The translations under genes and the position numbers were made by a program. The notes beneath the pieces were generated by a model that did no database searches, was not told the DNA's origin, and worked only from the letters and a program-made list of their open reading frames with translations. Below, in pieces: positions 37,151-50,030 of a stretch of DNA of 64,000 nucleotides. Source of the stretch: Azolla caroliniana (taxonomy: Eukaryota; Plantae; Polypodiophyta). The stretch's first letter is position 1; each line of letters starts with the position of its first letter. The stretch lies in assembly GCA_043228905.1 (NCBI GenBank), contig JBHGNT010000008.1, positions 21,514,001 to 21,578,000 on the forward strand, in the 5' to 3' direction.

Positions 37151-37175
37151 CATACATACATACATACATACATAG
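36875..37175. repeat. (CATA)n microsatellite
   Basis: Long catacata runs with a higher-order gctacatacatgcatac unit. Confidence 0.97.
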
Positions 37176-37385
37176 CTTCCTCCCAAAAATTTGAAAGAAC
37201 GAATATACACACACATTTCCACAGAACAATGGCTAGGGTTTTGTGAATCCTCAGAACTGGAATTGCTTCTTCTTCTTCAGAACTGGAATTGCTTCTTCTT
37301 CTTCTTCTCCTTCTGCAGCAGCTGCTACGACTGCTGCTAGGGTTCTCCCGTAACTCCTCTCTGGTTCTCGCTCACCTCTTTCGCC

Positions 37386-40300
37386 ATGTCTCTCCGTCCC
37401 AACTTCCGCGCAGAGGTCCGCAAGAAGGCCTACAAGGTCTCTGTCGATGCCGACGAAGCTCGCCGCAAGAGGGAAGACAACCTTGTCGAGATCCGCAAGA
37501 GCAAGCGCGAGGAGAGCCTCCTGAAGAAGCGCAAGGAAGGTATGCCTCCTCAGCAAGCTGTCTCTGGCGCCGTTCCGACCGAGAAGAAGGTATGAATGGC
37601 CTCCTTTCATGTAGGTGTTTCACTTTTTGTCGGATCAGTATAACTTTCTCTTTGATTTCATGGTTACATGTTAATATACGGTCATCTTTGGATGTCTATG
37701 ATATCATATCCATTGAAATGGCGAGCGTTTGTAGATGTTCATGATGCTATATGTATGTGATATAGTGCGATTTGGATATCTGAGATGACATATCATGGTG
37801 AGCCTCTTGCGATATCTGTAAAGGCATGCATTTGTAAACTACCGAGTCCTGGATGTCTGTGATGACATATATATGTGAAATGGTGTGCGTTGGATGTCTA
37901 TCAGGCCATTACTATATAATGTGGTGATTTTTGGATGCCTATAATGCCATATCAATGCGAATGGTAGCACTTCTATGTAAAGTGGCTAGCTTTGGATATC
38001 TGTGATGCCATAGCTATGTAAATGGCGTGCCTTGGATATCTATGTAAAATAGCGAGATATGGAGGTCTATGATGACATATCTATGTTAGTTGACGAGCCA
38101 CGGATACATATCCATGTAAAAGGTTTGAGCTTTGGATATTTATGACGCCAAAGAGAAGAAGTAATGAGCTCCTTTTGTTGTGATCTATGATTCCATATTG
38201 GACTTGTAGTGGTCACCTATCATCTACAGGAAATGTTGTGAGTTCCATCCTTTTCTAGTTTCTGTTTGTAGATTCTTCATAGATATTGGTTCTATTTGTG
38301 TGAATCTTTGATCTATGGTGGCCGGATATCTGATGTCATGTGAAGATATAAATGTGAGCTTTTTATATCCATTATATCATATTTGTGCCATAACTTATAT
38401 GGGAAATTTTCTATATATCTGTGATTTCGTGCGATGGTAGCCATCCATTGATGTTCCCATGTCATTTCTATCCCATTTGTTCATCTTTGGATGTTTTTGA
38501 TGCCATCTCTATGTGTATGATATTTTTGTGTTCAACAATGATGCCATATCTATATTATATTGTGATATATAGAGGCTGTGTCATATGTTCATCATTGGAT
38601 CTTTCTGATACCATATCTATGTGCTACGATGGTTTTTTTGTTTCTCTATGATAACATATCACATATCTATGTTTTCTGGTAATATGTAGATGTTGTGAGG
38701 CCATACCTATACAATAATGATGATGCTGTCTTGTGGTTATAGTGATCTAATTCTTCTTTTATTTATTTTAAATGGTATCTTTAAAGATACAGCTAGGATT
38801 TCTGCCATTTTTTTATGTTGTTCTGAATGTCTGTGATTCTATATCTACGGATCTCTTTATCTAATTCTGAAACTCTGATTTTTGATTGGATAAGAATTTG
38901 AACTGTTTATAATCTAAATCAATGATTTTTTTATTGATGTTTTCCAATGATTTTGAACTACGTTGGAGCTCTGTTTCCCTCTATATATGTTCCCTCTTGG
39001 TTCTGAAATCAGAATCTTGCGACTATCCAATACTCCACTCTTTACGAATTGTTCAGATTGTGCTGAAAACATAAGTCTTTATTGACCTTTATATGGTTCA
39101 GATTGTTATGCTGTGAAAAAAAACATTTTTGTCCATTAGAAAATTCTTTTGTTAACAATTACACGGTCCCAAGAATCAGTTTCCAAATGCTTGGTTTGCC
39201 TCACAATCGTTGTTTTTATTATTTTGTAGCTGGAAAGCTTGCCTGCGATGGTGAATGGTGTATGGTTAGATGATCCAGCGTTTCAGGTTGAAGCCACTTA
39301 CCAATTCAGAAAGCTCCTATCAATAGGTAAGACCATTAAAAGGTTAAGTTGCCTGTAATGTTTGCTCCCTGACACAAATCATGATTATGCACAGATACTA
39401 ATAATTATAACTCTTTGCTATTATTTAGAACACAATCCTCCAATACAAGAAGTTATCGATGCTGGGGTTGTTCCCCGATTTGTTGAGTTTCTTGTCCGCT
39501 ATGAATTTCCTCAGTTGCAGGTATGTCAAAATTATAGGATACATGGATTGGTTTTGGATACCACTACTGAATGATGTATCAACTGCTGAAATCCAGAGAT
39601 CAATCTAATGACCTTAAACCTTTTTATACTTGGTGTTTTGGCTGCAGTTTGAAGCAGCTTGGGCATTAACCAATATAGCCTCAGGAACCTCTGAACATAC
39701 CAAAGTTGTCATAGATCATGGTGCTGTTCCCATCTTTGTTCAACTACTTAGTGCACCTGGAGATGATGTTAGAGAGCAGGTATTATTATCCTCATTCTTT
39801 GTTTGTAATGCACGTCCTTTGTGATGGTAAAATCATGTTCATCTTCACTATCTTTTCATTGATTTTAATGACATCATGCAAACTTTGTGGTTTTGCATGT
39901 CTGCATGTTGTGTGAATATTCACATCTTGTAATTTAAGGTTTTTCTTGGGATTTGTGTAGGCTGTATGGGCATTGGGAAACATAGCCGGAGATTCACCGA
40001 AATGCAGAGATTTAGTGTTAAGTCACAATGCAATGATGCCTTTGCTAGCTCAACTGAATGAGAATGCAAAACTATCGATGCTTAGAAATGCAACTTGGAC
40101 TTTATCCAACTTTTGCAGAGGAAAACCTCCCCCCAAATTTGAGCTGGTATATCTTCAAGAAAAATTGTGTTATGATGAACTCTTCAACTTTATTGCTCAA
40201 GTATGTAGTTATAATGTGAGTGGACTTTGGAGACTGATTAATGTTGCTTTGTTATGCTATAACAGACTAAAGTTGCACTTCCAGCGCTGGCACAACTAAT

Positions 40301-41660
40301 TCATTCTTCGGATGATGATGTACTTATAGATGCTTGTTGGGCACTATCATATCTTTCTGATGGCCCAAATGAAAAGATTCAGGCTGTGATAGAATCTGGT
40401 GTTTGTCCAAGGCTTGTAGAATTACTATTGTAAGATTATAGAATCTTCATTGGAGTTCATCAATAATTCATATGTTTTTGCTACTTTCATACTTGTGAAT
40501 TGTTTTCTACCTTCATATGTTCTCTCCTTAAAAACGATAAAATTATTTCAGGCACCATTCTCCCTCTGTTCTTGTTCCTGCATTAAGAACTGTTGGAAAT
40601 ATAGTAACTGGAGATGATACACAAACACAGGTAATTTCACTTTGTTTGGGATAAAGAGAAACCAATAGAGATATTTTACTGTCTATATATTTGTTCATCA
40701 GCAATTTTTGCTTTCTTATTTGATCTCTTGTTAACTTTGACAATGAATCTATGGGTTTTATAAGTAGACTTGCATCTGAATAGTTTGTGATGTTCTATCA
40801 CTGACACACACCCATGTTGTTTACAGTATATGATTAATAATCAAGTGCTTCCATGCCTTTTGAATTTGCTGACACAAAATTATAAGAAAAGCATTAAGAA
40901 GGAAGCTTGTTGGACCATATCTAATATAACAGCTGGAAATAAGGAGCAAATCCAGGTCTGACTCATAATTTTGGCTTGAGATATTTGAAATTGATATGGT
41001 TATCAATTCCTCCTCAATTGTTTTTACTATGAATAATATAGGCTGTGATTGATGCAAATATCATTCCGCCCCTACTAGCATTGCTTGCAAATGCAGAGTT
41101 TGAAATAAAAAAAGAGGCTGCTTGGGCAATTTCAAACACAACATCTGGTGGAACACATGATCAAATAAAGTAATTTTCTACACCTTCCATGTGGATGTTT
41201 ATAGGAAATTCATTGATAGTTTTCTTATAATTTATATGTTTACACGATGGATACTGGATTTCTGACAAATTGAAACTTCTTGAATAGGTATCTTGTGAAT
41301 CAAGGATGCATCAAACCTATATGTGATCTTTTAACATGTTCGGATGCACGCATAATCACTGTTTGCTTAGAAGGGCTTGAAAATATACTGAAAGTTGGCG
41401 AAGCTGAGAAGGATCTTGGAAACACAGGTGGCATTAATTTATATGCCCAATATGTCGACGAGGCGGAAGGACTTGAAAAGATTGAGAATTTACAAGTACA
41501 TGATAATAGTGACATATATGATAAGGCAGTTAAGCTTTTGGAAACATATTGGGCCGAAGAGGAAGATCAGAGTACTGCTAATACTGGTGACGGTACCAGT
41601 AAGCCAGCATTCAACTTTAGCAATCAGAATGTTCCAAGTGGTGGATTCAACTTTGCTTAA
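37386..41660 (+). CDS. IMPA: Importin subunit alpha; exons ~37386-37589, 39230-39326, 39429-39520, 39648-39779, 39961-40146, 40266-40429, 40552-40630, 40827-40955, 41042-41170, 41288-41660
   Basis: IBB domain ([26 protein letters not shown]); ARM repeats ([42 protein letters not shown]); C-terminal [11 protein letters not shown]...GGFNF; GT-AG introns. Confidence 0.97.
37685..38720. repeat. Highly degenerate ~40-bp repeat array in importin intron 1
   Basis: Recurring ttggatRtctRtgatgccatat motif. Confidence 0.6.
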
Positions 41661-44129
41661 ATGATATGTTTCTTTATCTTATATTCCATATTGTTATTCA
41701 TATTTGGCATAGCGTTACTGGCCCCTCAAGAAGCTTGTTGAGGTTGATGCTAGTAACTGGTTACTCATGATGGAAACTAAAGCTCCTTTTAAGATGATCC
41801 ATCGTGATGCATATATAATTACTAGATAGTGGCTTGTAATGAACGTCCTCAACTTTCTCATTGCCATTATGAGGCATCAAAAGAGTATTTCAGTTTTTTA
41901 ACATTTACAAACCTTACATGCCCTCATTTTGGGTCATTAATTAAAGCTGAATCCTATATTTTAACCAAATTGTTGTGTTTTGAGGATATGTTTGAACATG
42001 AGTATAGTTTTGATTTGCAGTGTTCTGGCAATAATTATAAAGCTTAACTGTGTTTTAATATGTAATACAAAACCACTTCTTTGGTAGTGCTTATTTTCTA
42101 TGTGCTATTTTATCTTGCTTGCTTCTAGTTTAGGAAAATTATTTATACCAGTTGGCCTCATTCAAATGGAGAACACTGAAATGGAAATGCTAGGATCCAA
42201 AACATAGCATGTTTGTCTTATGATCCCTTCCATTTTGATTACTTTGACATGGGAATGCTCTACTCTGCACTCTAAATATATCAATTTCTTTTTCTTTTAA
42301 TCTAGTGGGGTCTATACCTGGTGTTATCATTGCTGTGGTATTCCATTAATTGAAGATGAATTTACTCCTAGAAAGTCTTTGATTAGCACAAAGCACTGAT
42401 GGGTACTTACTACTTGTACCCTATTATTCTTAGAAAACCGACCTATTCATGAATGCAAAGATCGGATAATTGATGAACAGTATTTTTTGGATTCTATTCA
42501 AACAATGGATTTTTTATGCTGAAGATGGGCGAGATACGTGGTCTTATTCAAGATAACCAATTGGTCAACGATATAACCTACACAAATATGGCAATCTTTT
42601 TTATCATAGATGACTTATGTTGAAGCAATTGCATGACCTAACTAGCGCTTTCTTGCTTAATTGTCAAGGTGCAAATCAATGTCAATAACACTACGATGTA
42701 TTGTGGCATGGAATGTTGATGTTACATACTTTTAAGTATGTTTTATGGTCAAGATCAAATCATTATGAATCTCTCTTCTTAGACTATTGATACATCATCT
42801 AATTACAATTTGTTCATATGCTCAACACCTAAATTAGTCTAGGAAAATCAATTTTCTTGTTCTTCCTCATATTTTGTCCTTGTAGATATTGCGAGTGTCA
42901 TCAAAATACATTAATGTCTAACCTCATTACGAGATGTTTCAATGAATGCTACATAATGGGCCAATTCAAGTCTAGAACTACATTGTTGTGGCACTCCTTT
43001 TCTTCTCGATGGGCTAATATATGTAAAATATTCCATGGATTCTCAATATTAAGATTATAGTATCTAGAAGCTTCACCAAAGTCTAGAATACTTATAGCTC
43101 ATATTCATTTACATTCCTCTAAATGTTTTCCATTGTTATCATAATGATGACACATTTTAAGTATTGAGCTTAAAACTTATATTTGTTTTCATAATTTGGC
43201 TACGAAACCATGGCCATGGTTCATGGTAGAAGCTCTAATATAGCTATATTAATAATGGAAAACATTTAGAGGAATGTACATGAATCTATGTTGGTTAAAC
43301 ACAAAATCCCTCATACGACATAATAATGAGGAGGATGAGGAGAAGAAAGTCAAGGAACACTTGGGCTCACTAGTGTCATAGAAATATGTACATGCATGTG
43401 AAATACAGACAAAACCATTGGGGAAGGGAAGATAAATTTGAGAATTTCTCCTTTGAAGTTGCCTATGCTTCTCTCAATAATTTCCCACTCAATATGTGGA
43501 TCACTTGAAGTTTTGCATTTTGTAGAATCTAGGTGCAAAAAGGTGCATGTGAATGACAACCCTTTGTAGATACTAGTATGTGAATGTGCACTTGGTAAGG
43601 AGTCCACAAGTTGAAGATTTGTTCATACAACTAATTAGGTGTGTGCTTTGTGTGTGATTGTGCATGTGTTTGCTGAATTTTCTGTTTTTTGTATATGTGC
43701 CCATGCGTGGGCGTAGAGTTTTACATGTAAATAAACAATGGTTTAATTTGTTAGTGTATAGTTGTGAGTGCATACGTGCCTTTGTGTTTACGGGTAAATT
43801 TGTTTGGGTATATAGGCGTGTAGGTGGAGGGCATATGTGTACATAATTTAAACTTATGTAAATAATTGCATATTTTTGTAGGGTGTATACTTTAGGAATT
43901 GGATAATTTAAATATATTATAAATTTTGTGGGAAAGGAGGGGTATTTGGCGAACATAAAGTCTCGTGCCCTCTTTTCCTTTGGGCCCAAGTTTTCAAGGG
44001 GAAAATAAGTGAGTAGAAGAATTTTACTACCTGATGCTAGGATTCTTGAGCAGAAAATCCTTGTTTAAACGCAAACCGCAATAAGGACAAAATTCAACAA
44101 TTTATCATTCAAAAATAGATGTAGATTAG

Positions 44130-47100
44130 AATAATAAAGCAATTATAATTCTAGATTTCTTCGAGTAGGATTCTTCCATATTTCTCGATGTTCAATCATT
44201 GTCCAACAGGGATGATATCCTATGTTTGTAAAGAATGGAGTATATCTTGTTGAGGAATGAACCAAATTACTGTATGCAAACCTGCAAAGTGCAAAAAATC
44301 TACCTAATCATCCTGTTGGTAATTGATGAAACACCGAAGATATTGTTCTAGTGTCTAATTTGTGCACTCGGTTTGACTATCACTTTGTGGATGATAGCTT
44401 GAAGAAATTTTACAAGTGACTTTGAGCATCTCAAGCAAGTGTTTCCAGAATTTTGAGATGAATTGCGGGCCGCGATCACTAACGATGTCATTTGGAAGAC
44501 CATGAAGTCGAAATACTTCTTTCATAACCATGCCTACAATTTCTTCACTATATGATAGTTTTCGTGCATTAAAGAAAATGCACCATCTTAGTGAATTGAT
44601 CTACTACAGTGAGAATGACATCAAAACTCTTAGAAATCGAAAGATCCGTAATAAAATCCAAAGAGACAGATTTCCACGAACTAATTGGAATTGGCAATGG
44701 CTGTATAACCCATATGGTCAATGTTGTGGAATCTTTGACCGACAACACACGTCACAACTACGAACATAATCCTCAACAAATTCATGAAGATGGGGACACC
44801 AATAATTTTGAGAAACTAGCTCCAAAGTTGTGGATTCCAAAGTGCCCAACTATTGGGTTGTCATGACAATATTACATTACTTGGAGTTGAGACGAACCAT
44901 TGGGGATGTACAAAAGAGTGTTACGAAAGAGTAGACCATTACGCCATCTAAATTGGATATAACCTTTATGAGGATGCTTGGAGCTTGAACAAGAAACATG
45001 ATCTGAAATGATATGATTCAATACATCTTGAGCAATTTCATTAGAAATGTATACGTTCAGATTGAATCAAGAAGCCTTGAATCTTCAGGACTTGCTTTGG
45101 AGGCATTTACAGTTAATAGTCGTAATCGATCAAGCCCCAAGATTACTTGCTTTTGATGATCAAATGTGGGCTCTCTTGTTCGTGGTGCCAAAGTATCTGC
45201 CTTTCCTTGTTGTACTCCTAGGAAATATCTGATGAGGAAGTCAAAACACGTAAGAAATTGTGCCCAACGAGTTTGGCCTCGACTCAAGACTCTAGCATTT
45301 TGAAAGTATGTGAGGTTTTTATGATCATGGTAAACAATGATTTGGCGGCAAGAACCTTCTAAGAGATGTCTCCATTGTTTGAATGAGTCTATAATGGCTA
45401 GAAGCTCTTTGTCGCGAATCTCATAATCGATCTCCATGGCTTCGAATTTGCGTGAATTAAAGCAATTGGATGCAGCTTCCCATTACCTCCAATATGTGAC
45501 AAGATACTTCTTACTGCAAAATCAAACGCATCTGCGTTGATGATGAAGGATTTTTCTAGGTCGGCATGAACTAGAATAAGAGCAGAAGTGCATGCTCTCT
45601 TTAGGTTTTCAAAAGTTGTCCACACTAGAACTCCATGTGAATGACTTGTTCTTTTGTGTAAGTTCCATGAGAGGCATCAAAATGTTTGAATAATTCTTGA
45701 TAAATTTGCGGTAAGAAATTGCAAATCCTAAGAATCACTAAACATCACGCAATGAATAAGGTGTTTGCCAGTTCAGAACTGGTAGACCTTATATGGATCC
45801 TTAGATATAGCTTGTTCTGAAACCACATAACCTAGAAATTCCGCGTGGTTACGATCAAAGCTACATTTCTTGAGTTTGGCATAGAGCTCATATTCGTGCA
45901 AGCGTTGGAGGACCTGGTGGTCGTGTATGCCATGCTCTTCTTGAGTTTTGGTGTAGATCAAGATGTTGTCAGGGTATACTATGGTAAATGTATCCAAGAA
46001 GTCGTGGAAAACATCATTTTCCACATGCTAGAAAACTATGGACGCATTCGTGAAGCTGAATGGCATAACCATGTACTCAAAATGTCCATATCGAGTGTGA
46101 AATGTTGTCTTCCATTCATCGCCTGGATGTATTCGAAGAAGGTTATAAGTGCCTCGAAGGTCTAGCTTCGTGAAAAGTTTGGCTCAACTAAGACGCTCTA
46201 GTAAACTCGATATCAAGGGTAAAGCATATCTGTTTCGAACTGTGATTTTGTTTAAACCTCGATAGTCCATGACTAGTCGTAGAGACCCAACCAGTAGGGC
46301 TTTTAGAATGTCGAATGAATTCATTTGCCAAGTGCATTTCTATATACTCTCGAAGGGCCTTGAGATTATATATTAGCCCCAATGGTGGCTCTTTCCCAGG
46401 TTGTAGATAAATAGAACAATCATAAGGGCGATCTGGGAGAGTACTAACCTTACTCTTGTTGAAGACATCTTCGAATTCTAGGTACTTAGTAGGGAGGAGG
46501 GCATCCGACCCTTGTGAGCTAGAGGATAGAGTTGTCATCACTGCAAATACAAACATTTCATTTTTTCGTTTGTCTTTTTGTAATCTTTGTAGAGATATAA
46601 TCAAGATTTAGTGAGGTTTTGAATCTCGGTTAGTAGCAACAAGGAAGTTGGAAATCATTGATTGCTCACTTTCTCCGATCAATTTCAAGATTATGAGTTA
46701 AAACCAAGGACAATCGGATGCTCAGGACTATTGATTATATTGCTTGGTTCGGTTCGGTTCAGGACTACTCGAATTGGCTTCTGTGTGGGGCAAGTAACAA
46801 TCGGCAACAATTCGGTTTGGTTCGAGAGTGTCCAAACCGAACCATTCACAAAAGTTGAAACCTGAACCAAATCGCATCGATCCACGAAACTGTTTAAACC
46901 GAACTGTTAGGTAAAAATCCAAACCGTTACTAAACCATTAAACCGCTAAAACTACGGTTTTGTGGTTCGGTTTCGGTTTTAAACTTAGGTAAAAATTTTC
47001 ATTATTTCAAAATTTAAAATTTTAAAATTTTAAAGATGTTTCCTAAAATGTGAGAATTAGGCTTAAAAATGAAAAGTTTATTTAAAAAAAATTATTTAAA

Positions 47101-48900
47101 AAAAAACCATCAAACTGTTTAAACTACAGTTCCAATATGAACTTGAATCGTTAGAAAAAACTTGAACCTAAACCGAACCGTTAAGCCGCAGTTTTGCGGT
47201 TTGGTTTGGTTCAAACCGAACCATTGCTGATTGTTAGGGGCAAGGGAGGTTGGTCAATAGGATTTTTTAGGTTAAAGCAAATTCTTTGTTCATAAAACAA
47301 GAGTTGGCTCCTGAATCTAAGAGAATAGAGGCAAGAACTCGATGGCACCTACAAGTGCTAAGCTCAACTTGTGTTGAAAAAACTTTGCTAACATGTTTCA
47401 ATAAAATGGAACCAGTACTTGGGGTCAACATTACATATTCTGGGTTGTCCATCCAAATGGCACGGAGTTTGTTGGACTTAATTCATTTAATATTTCATCA
47501 AGTTGACTCAAGACTTCGAAACTATTGGATTGACACAAAGATGTAGGACTACTAGGGCTAGACGATCTAAGTGGGGAATTGGAATTAAGTTTCTCACTAG
47601 TACTTACTTCATTTACTTGTTGTTTTGGTCTATGTGGGTAGGTGATTGCTATGTGTTCCAGACCACCACAACACAAACATAAACGGTTTGCTCGATGTCG
47701 TCATTTCTCAGCTTCAGACAAAGGCCATAGACTTTGTGTTATGTCAATCTCCATCAAACTTGGACCACCTGATGGAATCATGTGTAAAGTTTGGGTATGC
47801 TTGTCGGTGTCGAGGATACGACCGAAGCATATGTTTGATCTGTTCTTGGTCGTCACATCAGTTGACGCTTTGAACGTTGATTGAATAAGGGGTTGTCACA
47901 CTACATTGCATGACTTATCGCTTCTATAAGCGGTCTTGGATCTTCATGGAAAGTTAATAACAAATCCTTTACATTATTTCATACTCTATAGTGGAATTGC
48001 TCCCTTAATGCTTCTTCATCCCATGGAATATCACAAGATAGGAGGCGGAAATCTACAACATAGGCGGATGTGAGATGATCCCTTCGACACAATCTTCAAA
48101 TTTTGTTGATCGCCGTTCTAACACTATTAGTGTCTCCAAAGTTTGCTTGAAATTCTTTAATGAAACATTCAAAGTCTTGGAGAATGGGAGATTTCTTTTC
48201 TAGCAATGGTGCAAACCATGCTAATGTTGTTCCTGTCAAGAGAGTTCCAACTAGTCCAACTTGAGTTGTATCAATTGGATATTTGGTAGGATGCATATGA
48301 ATTACTAGATGCTCTTGGTTTAGAAATCTTCGAAATTGTGACCAATTACCAACGACCTTCCTAGACAAACAAATATTTGGTTCTTTGGGAGAGCTTTGTT
48401 GCATTGAAGCTTGTTGTTGAAGAGATTGCAATGTCGTTTCGAGTTGGAATACACATGTTGATAACTCCTCATATTGTTGTGCCTTTTCTATGCTTACTTG
48501 TTGCAAATCTCCAAGCAATCGCTGATTCTCTTGCTCTAACGCCACACAAACTTCTTTGTGAGATGCTCTAGCTTAGAAACAATTCATAATACTATTGCTT
48601 GGTAACTGACTCCATAGCGATGATAGTGTTTGGTAGGAATCTCGAGAAGAAAAGAAAGAAATGAAAAAATGGCTATTCCGATTTAAACTATCACGGCCCT
48701 AGCTTGACAAAAGAGAATTGAACAAGTAAAGGAAAAGAAAGAGAGAAAAATGAATATATTTTTATTGTAAGAGGAAAATATACAAGAGCAAAAACTATAA
48801 TATTCGCCGAAGACTGGTGTTGAATCGGAATGGTTCTAACAATACAATATGTCTTGTTTATGTACTAGTAGCATGTGCCCCTTGAACTCTTTTGATATTT
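44130..48900 (-). mobile_element. Decayed Tcn1/Tf-like Ty3/gypsy element, 3'-truncated; 5' LTR begins at ~48689
   Basis: gag (GTTLAWFAPLLEK), knuckle CLCCGGLEH, protease LLDSGANSCFM, RT, RNase H (YEIRDKELLAII, DHKNLTYF), integrase remnants; self-complementary PBS; boundaries approximate. Confidence 0.88.
46795..47236. mobile_element. hAT-family MITE inserted in the Tcn1-like protease region
   Basis: TIR taacaatc.gcaa/ttgctgattgtta; perfect 8-bp TSD GGGGCAAG (46787-46794 and 47237-47244). Confidence 0.93.
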
Positions 48901-49994
48901 ATAAAGTCACAATATCAAAGTCATAGTAAAGTAAATTATAATACTTTTACCTAATGGCTATTTAAGTTAGGTACTCTCCCTTGTTATGAGTTCGAGCCAC
49001 CCTAAAGCTAATAGGGTTTTGTATACTCATGACAAGAACACCTTCATGGGTTGATTTTTTGGCACCCACGTAGTCATGAGGCTTCCATATGCAAATGATG
49101 TAAATATTATTCTCCTATAAAGTCATGAACTTTTAATGCTTCTTCTATGCCATCAAAGACTCTCCCCAAAACAAGTGGTTTGTCCATGAATACAAGACCA
49201 ATACAATGAACAAAAAAAATCCTAACAACCAATGAGGAATTTGAAAATAAAACTCGCTACACTCGAAAGGATCCACCTATGGGCAAGTAGGTCCCATAGT
49301 TGGAAGATTTAGGGATCGGCTTGGGCAGAGGAACCCCATGTTTACCCCAAGCTGATCAAACTAGTGCTAACGTTTGATTCAAACATTGAGTGATCTTTGC
49401 ATGAATGTAGGTAGGCCCAATATAACGATGGAAAGAAAAACCAAACAACCAAATTATGAGCAACTTCGAAGACTCGAGTTTGTTGTACTCAAAATGCTCC
49501 ACCTATAGAGGGTAACAAATTTGGGAAGATTTACCGATTAAGTGATATGTAGGATCCCCTTGCAACCCGAAAACAAGCAAATCATGATTTCCATTAGCAT
49601 TGGATTTGACAAAAGCCAGACCAAGCAAACTACAGATCGACATAACACAGTGCTCGATTATGAGATCGAAGCTAATTAAGCTTGCATTGGTATTCCAATG
49701 AATAAGAAATTATCGATCGATCTATCAATTACAGTACTCAATTATGAGATCGAAGCTAGCATCACTGCATTCCAATGTGTAAGAAACTTTTGATTGATTG
49801 ATCGATCGATTACAATGCCCGATTATTCGGCACCAAAGAGATATCCATATATGTATTTGGGCATGTTCATGGGTGTCCAAATGATCAATTAGTGATTCAA
49901 TCGCCTTCTTTCTTCTTCAGTCTTCTCTCTGCGGTGTATAAAACAAGGGAGAGGGCGAAGAATCAAATCGCCCACTACCTATTTGGACTACCAC

Positions 49995-50003
49995 AAACCC
50001 TAA
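49995..50003 (+). promoter_or_regulatory. Telo-box (AAACCCTAA) upstream of RPS30
   Basis: aaaccctaa ~30 bp before the ATG; typical of plant ribosomal-protein genes. Confidence 0.6.
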
Positions 50004-50030
50004 TTCCTTGCAGAAGACTTCATCAGTCCG

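Noticed and set aside
36822-37246. MYVC/HTYI-repeat ORFs (also 53123-53784, 18808-19050 and 34473-34697)
   Set aside because: Translations of the (CATA)n microsatellite.
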